From the NCBI GenBank assembly GCA_964647565.1, contig CAZYIM010000021.1, positions 1 to 44,947 of the forward strand: 44,947 bases of DNA, given 5' to 3'. Under the pieces are notes generated by a model. It did no database searches. It was not told the origin of the DNA and worked only from the letters and a program-made list of their open reading frames with translations. The translations under genes were made by a program, and so were the position numbers. The stretch comes from an uncultured Methanosarcinales archaeon. Lineage in GTDB: Archaea > Nanobdellota > Nanobdellia > Woesearchaeales > CAZYIM01. Position 1 is the first letter of the stretch, and each line of letters begins with the position of its first letter. Positions 28,935 through 36,779 of the stretch are shown piece after piece.

Positions 28935-29444
28935 TTACCAACCCCCTACCAGTATCAACCCATCCATGATATTCCTTATGAGCTCTTTGGGAACATCTTC
29001 TTTCTTTGTGAAAACAAATTGCTGGATGGTGCGTCCAAGCTTTTTCTCAAATTTTTCTAGATTAATCTTCTTTTCTGAAGCAGAGAAAATGGCCAGGTCA
29101 ATATCGGAATTCTCGTTTATCTCGGCCTTTGAGAATGAGCCGAAAAGGATTACTAGTGGCTTAACCAACTCTTCTCCAAAGAAATCCGTTAGGCCTGCCT
29201 TTTCAAATATGTAAAGCCAGTATGCTCTCGAGAGGCTGATGAAGAGCTTGTCGTCCTTGTTGGCTGAAAAGTATAGATAGTTCTTTTCAATTTCTCTGAC
29301 CAGTAATCCTTCTTTGTGCAATCTCGAGAGAAATTTAGATGCTGAAGGAGGACTTATCTTGGACAGTCTTGCATATTCTCTAACATTATACCTTTTATAA
29401 TTATCCTCAAAAAAAGGTTTTAAAGTGTTAAATATTTTTAACAT
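28935..29444 (-). CDS. wHTH + minimal nucleotidyltransferase (MNT antitoxin)
   Basis: VREYAR...SPPSASK.L HTH; ILFGSFSK.E...SDIDLAI. Confidence 0.9.
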   Translation of the reverse strand: MLKIFNTLKPFFEDNYKRYNVREYARLSKISPPSASKFLSRLHKEGLLVREIEKNYLYFSANKDDKLFISLSRAYWLYIFEKAGLTDFFGEELVKPLVILFGSFSKAEINENSDIDLAIFSASEKKINLEKFEKKLGRTIQQFVFTKKEDVPKELIRNIMDGLILVGGW

Positions 29445-29471
29445 GTGTTAATATAAATTAACATCTGTTTA
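29438..29471. promoter_or_regulatory. Tandem palindromic operators over MNT start
   Basis: TTAACATGTGTTAA and TTAACATCTGTTTA, 20 bp apart. Confidence 0.6.
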
Positions 29472-29494
29472 AATATTTTTCTGTTTTAGAAAAG

Positions 29495-29539
29495 ATGCCC
29501 TGAGCGGGGCGTGGACTAAAAATTGATAAAACAGGGCAT
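29495..29539 (-). repeat. att-like copy of tRNA-Glu 3' end with inverted end (copy 2)
   Basis: ATGCCCTGAGCGGG (one mismatch to the tRNA) ... CAGGGCAT; 8-bp inverted repeat. Confidence 0.75.
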
Positions 29540-29614
29540 AAAATCCAAGTTTAGTTAATTTATAAAGCCTTTCAGTCAGTTTAAACTAACAGTACAATCT
29601 GAATATTTGTTTAT

Positions 29615-29640
29615 GTTTCCATGTTGAGCAACATAGAAAC
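29615..29640. promoter_or_regulatory. ArsR operator candidate
   Basis: GTTTCcATGTTG-AG-CAACATaGAAAC immediately before a TTTATATA box. Confidence 0.65.
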
Positions 29641-29671
29641 CTTTATATATTTGATATTTTAAGAAACAATC

Positions 29672-29941
29672 ATGCCTGATGAAAAACTAGCAAGAGCGAT
29701 CCGATCAAGAGTCAGAAGGGATATCCTTCATATTCTTGCCAAGAAACCAAAACAACCGGTCCATCTGATAGCTGATGAGCTTGACATAACAGAATCTTCT
29801 GCGTCAAAACACCTGAAATTATTGCATGACCTGGGAATACTGGTATTTAATGACGAGGGGAAGGAAAGATTCTATTCATTAAAGATCGATGAGATAAAAG
29901 ATTTGCTTACAGCCTATGACTTAGTCATAAAAAAACTTTAA
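29672..29941 (+). CDS. ArsR/SmtB-family regulator
   Basis: R..IL..L...V..IA..L....S..S.HL..L...G wHTH. Confidence 0.9.
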   Translation: MPDEKLARAIRSRVRRDILHILAKKPKQPVHLIADELDITESSASKHLKLLHDLGILVFNDEGKERFYSLKIDEIKDLLTAYDLVIKKL

Positions 29942-29958
29942 GTAGATTTATCAAGAAA

Positions 29959-32685
29959 ATGGTTGATTCGGAAATCAATTGGTATTCAAAGACAGTCAGC
30001 GAGACCTTGCTAGAATTAGATACATCTTCAGAAGGTTTGAGTTCTCAAGAGGCTGAAGCAAGATTGAGATTAAACGGGCCGAACTCCCTTGCACATGATG
30101 AAAAAAACAAGACCCTGAAGCTGTTATTCAGAAATTTCAATTCCATACTTATATACATTCTTTTAGTAAGTGCGATCATATCCCTTCTTTCCAGTCATAT
30201 GATTGAGTTAATTGTGATATTGATAATCATATTCTTTACAGGCATTTTTGGATTTATCCAAGAGTATCATGCCGGAAAAGCACTAAATGCACTATCAAAA
30301 ATCGCAGTCAAGAATGTTGAAATAATGCGTGACGGAAAGAAAGTCGAGATTGACAAAGAAGAAATTGTTATCGGAGATATCGTGCTTCTGAAAAGAGGCA
30401 TGATCGTACCAGCAGATATTCGAATAATGGAGTCCAAAGGTTTGTCTGCTGATGAATCAATACTAACAGGAGAGTCAGTCCAGAAATACAAGCGTTCTGA
30501 AGAGATAAACCAAGAAGATATTCTGATAAGTGATCAGGAAGACATACTCTTTGCAGGGACAAGCATCACAAACGGAACTGGGCTTGGAGTGGTTGTTGCA
30601 ACAGGCCTGGAATCAGAGATAGGAAAAATCTCTTTAAGACTTAAAAAGATAGGATTCCAGAAAAGCCCAATTCAAAATCAGATTGATGGTATGAGCAAAA
30701 GGATAGGTATTTTTGTGTTCTTTGCTTGCACTCTATTATTTCTTATATTAATTGGGAAGGATTTCGGACTTTTTCAGTCTCTAATGCTTGTTAGTGCTAT
30801 GGCTGTTTCAGGGATTCCTGAAAGCTTCCCATTGGCTCTGACCATGAGCCTTTCTAATGGCGTAAAAAGAATGGCGCGGACCAATGCTATCGTAAAGGAC
30901 TTGAGCTCGGTTGAGACCCTGGGAACAACAACTGTAATCTGTACAGACAAGACAGGCACCTTGACTGAGAACAAGATGCGTGTTGAACGTATTTTCTTTT
31001 CAGATGGCAAGGAAGTCCAGGTAAAAGGGCATGATTACAATCCAGAGAATGAATTTATTGTCAATGGGAGCGAAACAGACGCAAGATTCTTTGAGAAATA
31101 CCCGGAATTCTTCAATACATGTGTATTGTGCAATAACGCAAATCTTGCCCTTGAAGGGAATGAATGGAAGCTTTCAGGAGAACCTACTGAAGGCTCAATA
31201 CTGTCCTTGGCAAAAAGCACCAACTATAATGATCATCAGTTAAGGAAGGATAATAAACAGATCAAGGAGGTGGCATTTGATCCATTTGAAAAATTCATGA
31301 TAAGTGTCAATGAACATGAAAACGAGAAAACTGCATATCTAAAAGGGGCTTATGAGCAAGTAATAAGAAAATGCAAGTACATTAGGACTTCAAAAGGAAT
31401 AAAAAAACTGACCGCATCCCATATCAAAACTATTGAAAACCAAGCGCACAAATACAGCGATCTGACTTTAAGGATGCTGGCTCTTGCAACAAAGAGCATC
31501 AGGAAAATTGATGAAAGCCTTGAAACAGGGTTTATATTTGAAGGGATGGTAGGAATCGACGATCCTATTCGTAAAGAGGCTTTCAAGGCAATTGAGGAGT
31601 GTCAGAGTGCGAATGTAAAAGTCATAATGATTACAGGCGATCATAAGAAAACTGCCGAGAGCGTCGGAAGAAAGCTAGGGATTGTTACATCTGAAAAAGA
31701 TATGATCCTTGAGGGCCATGAGCTTGACAAGATGACGGATGAAGACCTGGATAAAGTTATACACCAAGTCGCTATATTCTCAAGAACAACACCAGACCAC
31801 AAGTTCAGAATAGTAAACTCACTCCAAAGAAAAGGAGAGATAGTTGCTATGACAGGCGATGGTGTGAATGATGCCCCTTCTTTGAAAAAAGCAGATATTG
31901 GCGTCAGCATGGGCAAGTCAGGTACAGATGTAGCAAGAGAAGCCTCAAACATGATACTAACAGATGACCATTTCTCAACCATAGTCAATGCTATCAGGGA
32001 AGGGAGAACCATCTACAGCAATATCAGGCGTTTCATATACTATCTGCTCACAGGTAACGCAACAGAGGTTCTGCTTATATTCTTAGCTGTCCTGATAGGG
32101 ATAATCACTCCATTGACCGCTTTAATGATCCTATTCATTAACCTTATAACCAGCACATTTCCCGCACTTGCGTTAAGCATAGAGAAGACCCATCTGAAAG
32201 TCATGAAGCAGAAACCCCGTAATCCTGATGAAAAACTATTATCTAACTATATTCTTTTAAAGATATTTGTGTTGGTGCCATTGATATTATTAGGTACTTT
32301 GGCTTTATTCTTATGGGAGTTAAACATAACAGGAGGCGAAATTGAGAAGGCAAGAACCCTTGCCTTTGCAGCACTGATAATATTTGAACTTATGCATGCA
32401 TTCAATGCACGAAATCTGCATACAACAATCTTCAGCAAAGACTTCTTCTCTAACAAGTATATATTCATCGCTGTATTTATATCACTATCCCTGACAATCG
32501 TGGCAATTTATACAAACCTAGGTCAAAGCATATTCCAGACAACTGCCTTGAATCTTACAGAATGGTTGATAATTATCGGAGTCAGCAGTTTAGTCATAGT
32601 TGTTTCTGAAACAATAAAGGCATTGATCAAGAGCGAATTCAAAGAACAGAAAAGGCTTAAAGGCCTGGAAATAAGCGTTGAATAG
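29959..32685 (+). CDS. P-type II cation-transporting ATPase (Ca2+/Na+-type)
   Basis: LTGES, IPESFP, DKTGTLT, KGA, ITGD, TGDGVNDAPSLK. Confidence 0.96.
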   Translation: MVDSEINWYSKTVSETLLELDTSSEGLSSQEAEARLRLNGPNSLAHDEKNKTLKLLFRNFNSILIYILLVSAIISLLSSHMIELIVILIIIFFTGIFGFIQEYHAGKALNALSKIAVKNVEIMRDGKKVEIDKEEIVIGDIVLLKRGMIVPADIRIMESKGLSADESILTGESVQKYKRSEEINQEDILISDQEDILFAGTSITNGTGLGVVVATGLESEIGKISLRLKKIGFQKSPIQNQIDGMSKRIGIFVFFACTLLFLILIGKDFGLFQSLMLVSAMAVSGIPESFPLALTMSLSNGVKRMARTNAIVKDLSSVETLGTTTVICTDKTGTLTENKMRVERIFFSDGKEVQVKGHDYNPENEFIVNGSETDARFFEKYPEFFNTCVLCNNANLALEGNEWKLSGEPTEGSILSLAKSTNYNDHQLRKDNKQIKEVAFDPFEKFMISVNEHENEKTAYLKGAYEQVIRKCKYIRTSKGIKKLTASHIKTIENQAHKYSDLTLRMLALATKSIRKIDESLETGFIFEGMVGIDDPIRKEAFKAIEECQSANVKVIMITGDHKKTAESVGRKLGIVTSEKDMILEGHELDKMTDEDLDKVIHQVAIFSRTTPDHKFRIVNSLQRKGEIVAMTGDGVNDAPSLKKADIGVSMGKSGTDVAREASNMILTDDHFSTIVNAIREGRTIYSNIRRFIYYLLTGNATEVLLIFLAVLIGIITPLTALMILFINLITSTFPALALSIEKTHLKVMKQKPRNPDEKLLSNYILLKIFVLVPLILLGTLALFLWELNITGGEIEKARTLAFAALIIFELMHAFNARNLHTTIFSKDFFSNKYIFIAVFISLSLTIVAIYTNLGQSIFQTTALNLTEWLIIIGVSSLVIVVSETIKALIKSEFKEQKRLKGLEISVE

Positions 32686-32784
32686 CTGAATAAGATGATC
32701 AAAATGGACTGGAACAATTTCATGTAGTGATGAAGAAGATTGTAACGATAATCTGTAATATAGTTAATATACTAGAAAATAAAG

Positions 32785-32828
32785 TGCCCCGAGCGGACAT
32801 AGTACCTTTTTGTGATATTTGATGGGCA
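32785..32828 (-). repeat. att-like copy of tRNA-Glu 3' end with inverted end (copy 1)
   Basis: TGCCCCGAGCGG identical to 33856-33867; site ends in GGGCA. Confidence 0.8.
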
Positions 32829-32834
32829 AACACC

Positions 32835-33791
32835 CTATTTTTTATGTATTTCTCGGAATTTTGAAATAAATTCTTGAGGAGATTCATTATTGATGTAGAA
32901 AATGCTGCTATCTTTTTCTGCTTCATAAAGAACAAGACCATATTTTGAAGTCATCTTTCGTAGCCAATAATGGTTTATTACTGAAAATCCCTCAAAATTC
33001 AGTTCTAGCTCATCACCCACATCATCAAAATACTTATCTAACTTTGTACCTTTGAATAAAGCCATAGTAGAATCAGACAGAAATTGATAAATCTCATTTT
33101 CTAAACCCAATTGTTCAAATGTCATTTGATCTCCTATAATATCTTTTGCGAACTTTTCTCTAAGACCATATATTCCTGAATCATTTTGTTTTAATATAGT
33201 GGTTGTTTGAACTGTTGGAACAAGAAGATATGATTTTGACGGGGTGACAACAATTTCACAAGCACGATTTCCTTGGGGCCTATTCAAATAAGTGTCAAAC
33301 AAAAGGGAATAAAGATCCTTGCCCATCGCCATCGGTGACTCAGTAGGGTGTGTATGAATCCCTATGGTGGCGCGTAATTCCCCTTCATTTTCAGGATCAT
33401 CAGGAAATAAGAATGTATCGCAAGCAACCCTCACAAGATTTCCTGAGTCATCCAATTCAGGAAGTTCAGATCTTTTTATATTGCCTGCTCGCCAATCTGA
33501 CGCATGTTCAGATAAGAATAATTTCCTATAAAACTCCATAAATTTCCATCTTTGTTCTGGATCTTTTTTCAAATCATAATTCTCAAGAAATTTTAGAGAT
33601 AACCTGTCTTTTAAGGAAGGATTCCGAAGGAACCGTTCCCATCTTTTTCTCAATCCAGAAAGGGAATTCGAAATTATAGAATCCGCTAAGTTTAATTCCT
33701 TAGGTAAAGCTCCTTTTTCAGAGTATTTATGATGCTTCACAATATCTTCTATAGCTGATAAAAATTGTATTGAAGTAAAACTATTTGACAT
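32835..33791 (-). CDS. Hypothetical protein with JAB/JAMM-like HxH-x10-D motif
   Basis: IGIHTHPTESPMAMGKDL followed by EIVVTP..Y beta strands; own TTTATAAATA box. Confidence 0.55.
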   Translation of the reverse strand: MSNSFTSIQFLSAIEDIVKHHKYSEKGALPKELNLADSIISNSLSGLRKRWERFLRNPSLKDRLSLKFLENYDLKKDPEQRWKFMEFYRKLFLSEHASDWRAGNIKRSELPELDDSGNLVRVACDTFLFPDDPENEGELRATIGIHTHPTESPMAMGKDLYSLLFDTYLNRPQGNRACEIVVTPSKSYLLVPTVQTTTILKQNDSGIYGLREKFAKDIIGDQMTFEQLGLENEIYQFLSDSTMALFKGTKLDKYFDDVGDELELNFEGFSVINHYWLRKMTSKYGLVLYEAEKDSSIFYINNESPQEFISKFREIHKK

Positions 33792-33855
33792 ATTGAATTA
33801 GGGTAAAATGTATTTATAAAGTTTTCGTTTATTAACCATTTAGAAGTAACAAAAA

Positions 33856-33993
33856 TGCCCCGAGCGGGAATTTCGTCTTGAGACAAAAGCCTTGTTGACT
33901 TTCTCATCAAGTATTCGAACCCACGTCATTGCCTTTCTCTAACCTTTTGGTTGCGAGAGGGCAATATGATTGGCCGGACTACACCATCGGGGC
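33856..33993 (-). tRNA. trnE: tRNA-Glu(CTC) with two introns: 37/38 (33935-33953, 19 nt) and 59/60 (33870-33913, 44 nt)
   Basis: Exons GCCCCGATGGTGTAGTCCGGCCAATCATATTGCCCTCTCG | AGGCAATGACGTGGGTTCGAA | TCCCGCTCGGGGCA fold into a cloverleaf. BHB helices are CTCT/AGAG and TTCG/CGAA. Confidence 0.93.
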
Positions 33994-34016
33994 ATATTTG
34001 ATTGTTAGTTTTTTTT

Positions 34017-34093
34017 TGTGTGGGCTTGAGTGTTAGCGAAACCCACTTCGCTGTCGATGGGCGAAAGCATCGGACTTTGCACCATCGGGGCAT
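34017..34093 (-). other. Structured element beginning with a copy of the tRNA-Glu 5' end
   Basis: ATGCCCCGATGGTG...AGTCCG matches the tRNA-Glu start; hairpins CGATGG/CCATCG, AGCGAA/TTCGCT and GTGGGTTT/AAGCCCAC. Confidence 0.55.
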
Positions 34094-34109
34094 CAAAAGT
34101 CCTATGATA

Positions 34110-34298
34110 TTACATGACATTGTGATCTCTGGCAAGGGCTTCTACAGACCGGTCAAAGGTCGCTTCTCCTTCTTTTGAGAAGAAACATCCAGGAACCTCT
34201 CCATTAGCCCTGTGAAATTCTACACACTCTGAGCATTTCCCGTGTCTTGAACAGCCAGGATATGTACAGGTGCATTCAATACTGTTATCGCATGTCAT
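34110..34298 (-). CDS. Small Cys-rich protein (DUF6485-like)
   Basis: C.CTY..C.RHG.C..CV..HR...EVP.CFF....E.TFDRS; ATG 3 nt after the tRNA-Lys end. Confidence 0.8.
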   Translation of the reverse strand: MTCDNSIECTCTYPGCSRHGKCSECVEFHRANGEVPGCFFSKEGEATFDRSVEALARDHNVM

Positions 34299-34301
34299 GG
34301 A

Positions 34302-34438
34302 TGGGCTCAGAGGGACATTCGCATCATGAGTTTGCACTCGATGACTTTCGAACCCCCGACCCCTTGGTTACTTTTAAAACAAAGTTAAACTTTGTTTATT
34401 AAGAGCCAAGTGCTCTAGCCAGGCTGAGCTATGAGCCC
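34302..34438 (-). tRNA. trnK: tRNA-Lys(CTT) with two introns: 37/38 (34369-34399, 31 nt) and 59/60 (34316-34346, 31 nt)
   Basis: Exons GGGCTCATAGCTCAGCCTGGCTAGAGCACTTGGCTCTTA | ACCAAGGGGTCGGGGGTTCGAA | TCCCTCTGAGCCCA; BHB-like junctions; TTTAAATA box upstream. Confidence 0.93.
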
Positions 34439-34479
34439 ATTTTAACTGTGAAACTTATATCATATTTAAAAGCTTTTCC

Positions 34480-35031
34480 TTAGAAAAACAACTTTTCAAT
34501 GTCTTCTAGCAACTGTACAAACCTATCATACCCTCTTTGTGCTCCAAAGTGATCTGCATCCTTAACCATGATTAGTTCAGAACCTAAGTTTGCAGCAAGT
34601 TCTTCCCCTTTCTTAACAGGAACATATGGATCGTCTGTAGATTGGTAAATAACAAACTTAGAACAGTTCTCCTTAATCTTAGCCCAGTCAAAATCCCTTT
34701 CAGCAAGAGTCTTATTTACAGCATCATAATCTATGTGCAGCGGACCCGTAAATCCTGCAACAAGGAAGCAACATTTAGGTTTCACATCAAGAAGCTCAAT
34801 AACATCCAATACAAATGCGCATCCAACACTGTGTGCAATAATGATAGAGTCATCTAACTTATTATTATATATAGAGATCACTTTCAGCCAGTTGTCTAGA
34901 TTCTGTTGTTCATAACCAGGAAATTGCGGAACATAAACCTCATGACCGAGCTTCTCCAACTTTGCTTTCAACCATTGGAACCAGTGTTCATCAGGATTTC
35001 CATTGGTCCCATGTATGATAAAGGTGTTCAT
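34480..35031 (-). CDS. RBBP9/YdeN-family alpha/beta hydrolase
   Basis: IIHG...HWF.WL, AHSVG, S.DDPYVP, ADHF. Confidence 0.92.
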   Translation of the reverse strand: MNTFIIHGTNGNPDEHWFQWLKAKLEKLGHEVYVPQFPGYEQQNLDNWLKVISIYNNKLDDSIIIAHSVGCAFVLDVIELLDVKPKCCFLVAGFTGPLHIDYDAVNKTLAERDFDWAKIKENCSKFVIYQSTDDPYVPVKKGEELAANLGSELIMVKDADHFGAQRGYDRFVQLLEDIEKLFF

Positions 35032-35071
35032 AGAAGTAAATTAAAAAAAAGAAATATAAAAATTTATTTGT

Positions 35072-35764
35072 TTAGAAGCTGTATTCCATGATTACACCGG
35101 CGTAGAGCTCATCCTGTATGTTTCTTTTGTCTAGCGACTTGGAGAATGAGATGGCAGGTGTTACACTAAGATTGCCGAAATTAATTGGGATTTTGACATT
35201 CAGTTCTGCATGGCTAAATCCGCTGTTTTCCCGGAAATAGTGGTGGTTATATCCTAGCTTTGCACTTATAGATAATGGGAACTTCTCGAAGTCATGGTCT
35301 GCTGAAATTTCTCCATATACTCCATCTCCTTCTTTGAAGTCGTAAACAATACTCATGCTCGGACTCAATAGGGTATCGAGAGAAACCGCTACATAAACTT
35401 CCTGGCTTTTTGCATTGATATCGGGGAAGGTCAGGTATGCATAACCTGCAGATACTGACACGTTCTCGCTCACTAGCATTGTATAGTCCGCAATGATGTC
35501 AGCTTCATTTATTTCTTTTGTGTCGGTCTTATAACTTCCAAAGCCTATGACTGTCAAGTTTTTGTATGTACCACTTACAGTTGGCTGCAATATTGGTTTC
35601 TCTGAGAAGGTCAGACCTCTGAACATGTGTTTGCTCATTGCATCTACCCGCGTACAGAATTCCATCTGGGATTTTGCTTCTTCTTTTTCCTGACTGATTC
35701 CGGGTCTAGCAATAGCTAATCCTCCAAGTAGGATTGCAGTCATTATGGTTTTCATTAGTTTCAT
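35072..35764 (-). CDS. TorF/TIGR02001-like outer-membrane beta-barrel protein
   Basis: Signal peptide; S...FRG......P.LQ, E.D...Y, SQEVY; alternating amphipathic strands; terminal Y-S-F. Confidence 0.7.
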   Translation of the reverse strand: MKLMKTIMTAILLGGLAIARPGISQEKEEAKSQMEFCTRVDAMSKHMFRGLTFSEKPILQPTVSGTYKNLTVIGFGSYKTDTKEINEADIIADYTMLVSENVSVSAGYAYLTFPDINAKSQEVYVAVSLDTLLSPSMSIVYDFKEGDGVYGEISADHDFEKFPLSISAKLGYNHHYFRENSGFSHAELNVKIPINFGNLSVTPAISFSKSLDKRNIQDELYAGVIMEYSF

Positions 35765-35887
35765 TTTTTCACCTGTTTTGTTTTTACTTACTAGTAGTAC
35801 ATTATCTATTCATTATATATAATTTATCTCCCCTGTACGGGGTGTATAATAGAAAGATTTTTATATAATAAAGACATTAATAGCTGA

Positions 35888-36634
35888 ATGACAGAAAATC
35901 CCTTATATGATCTACTAAAGATAGGCCTGACTGAAGGTGAGGCGAAGGTGTACATTGCAATGATAGAGCTGGGTTCATCCACAGTTGGCCCGATAGTAAA
36001 GAAATCAGGAGTGGCCTACTCGAATGTTTATGATATCCTAAACAGGCTTATGGATAAAGGCGTAGCTACTTATATATTGAAGAGTAAGACAAAATATTTC
36101 CAAGCAGTATCTCCTTCCAACCTCTTAGTGTATCTGGAAAAAAAAGAAGCTGAACTAAATCAGCAAAAGAAAGCTCTTAAAAAGGCATTACCTCAGTTGG
36201 AGAGCTTGCAGGAATTTAAAGCCAAACAAGAGGCTGAAATATTTGTGGGCAAAAAGGGGTTAAGAGCTGCATATGAGAAACTCTTTACAACTGTAAACAA
36301 AGACGAAGAAGATCTTTTTTTCTATATCTACCATCCTGAATACGGAAAGGAAGCTGACCTTTTTTATTTAAGTATCCAGGAGATCATAAAAAAATTACCA
36401 ATCAGGGGGATCTCAAACACAGAGGGTAGGGAATCTTTGTTTGCACAGTCAGTTGATTTTATCAGATATAGATTTGTTGATTTTCCCATTCCAGGCAATC
36501 TTGAGGTGTGTGGTGATAAGACGCTGTTTGTGTCCTGGGAAAAGCCAACCATCGGAGTACTCATTACATCCAAGAGCATCGCAGATAACCTGCGTAACTA
36601 TTTCGATACTGTTTGGGTTATTGCCAAAGAATAG
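35888..36634 (+). CDS. TrmB-family transcriptional regulator
   Basis: L.KIGLT.GEAKVY, S.VY.IL..L..KG, EIF.G..G, YFD..W. Confidence 0.9.
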   Translation: MTENPLYDLLKIGLTEGEAKVYIAMIELGSSTVGPIVKKSGVAYSNVYDILNRLMDKGVATYILKSKTKYFQAVSPSNLLVYLEKKEAELNQQKKALKKALPQLESLQEFKAKQEAEIFVGKKGLRAAYEKLFTTVNKDEEDLFFYIYHPEYGKEADLFYLSIQEIIKKLPIRGISNTEGRESLFAQSVDFIRYRFVDFPIPGNLEVCGDKTLFVSWEKPTIGVLITSKSIADNLRNYFDTVWVIAKE

Positions 36635-36692
36635 TTGATTTAATTCTTGTCTAGCAACTTTTTATCATTGAAAATAATGACATTTAATATAC

Positions 36693-36739
36693 ATTTTACT
36701 ATACTAATTGTCCAAAAATTGTACCTAGTATGGTAAAAT
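36693..36739. promoter_or_regulatory. Inverted repeat upstream of 36780 gene
   Basis: ATTTTACTATACTA...TAGTATGGTAAAAT (14-bp arms, one mismatch) before a TATAAATA box. Confidence 0.45.
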
Positions 36740-36779
36740 TACCGAAAACTATATAAATAACTTAATTTAAAAGTAATCT

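Noticed and set aside
30267..32941. Multiple short ORFs within or next to the P-type ATPase
   Set aside because: Shadow ORFs of a strongly conserved gene.
28470..33869. CRISPR array interpretation of the recurring TGCCCCGAGCGG repeat
   Set aside because: Repeats are 12-15 bp, 1-3 kb apart, enclose whole genes and match a tRNA end; no cas genes. No CRISPR array was seen anywhere in the window.
34017..34093. Split (trans-spliced) tRNA half or third tRNA
   Set aside because: No D-arm, anticodon arm or T-arm could be folded, and no complementary leader for a partner half was found in the window.
33926..34135. ORF 33926..34135 (-), and the N-terminal extension of ORF 34110..34337
   Set aside because: Both overlap tRNA genes; the real small CDS starts at 34298.
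27650..34480. Provirus or complete integrative element
   Set aside because: No integrase, capsid, terminase, replication or conjugation genes were recognisable.
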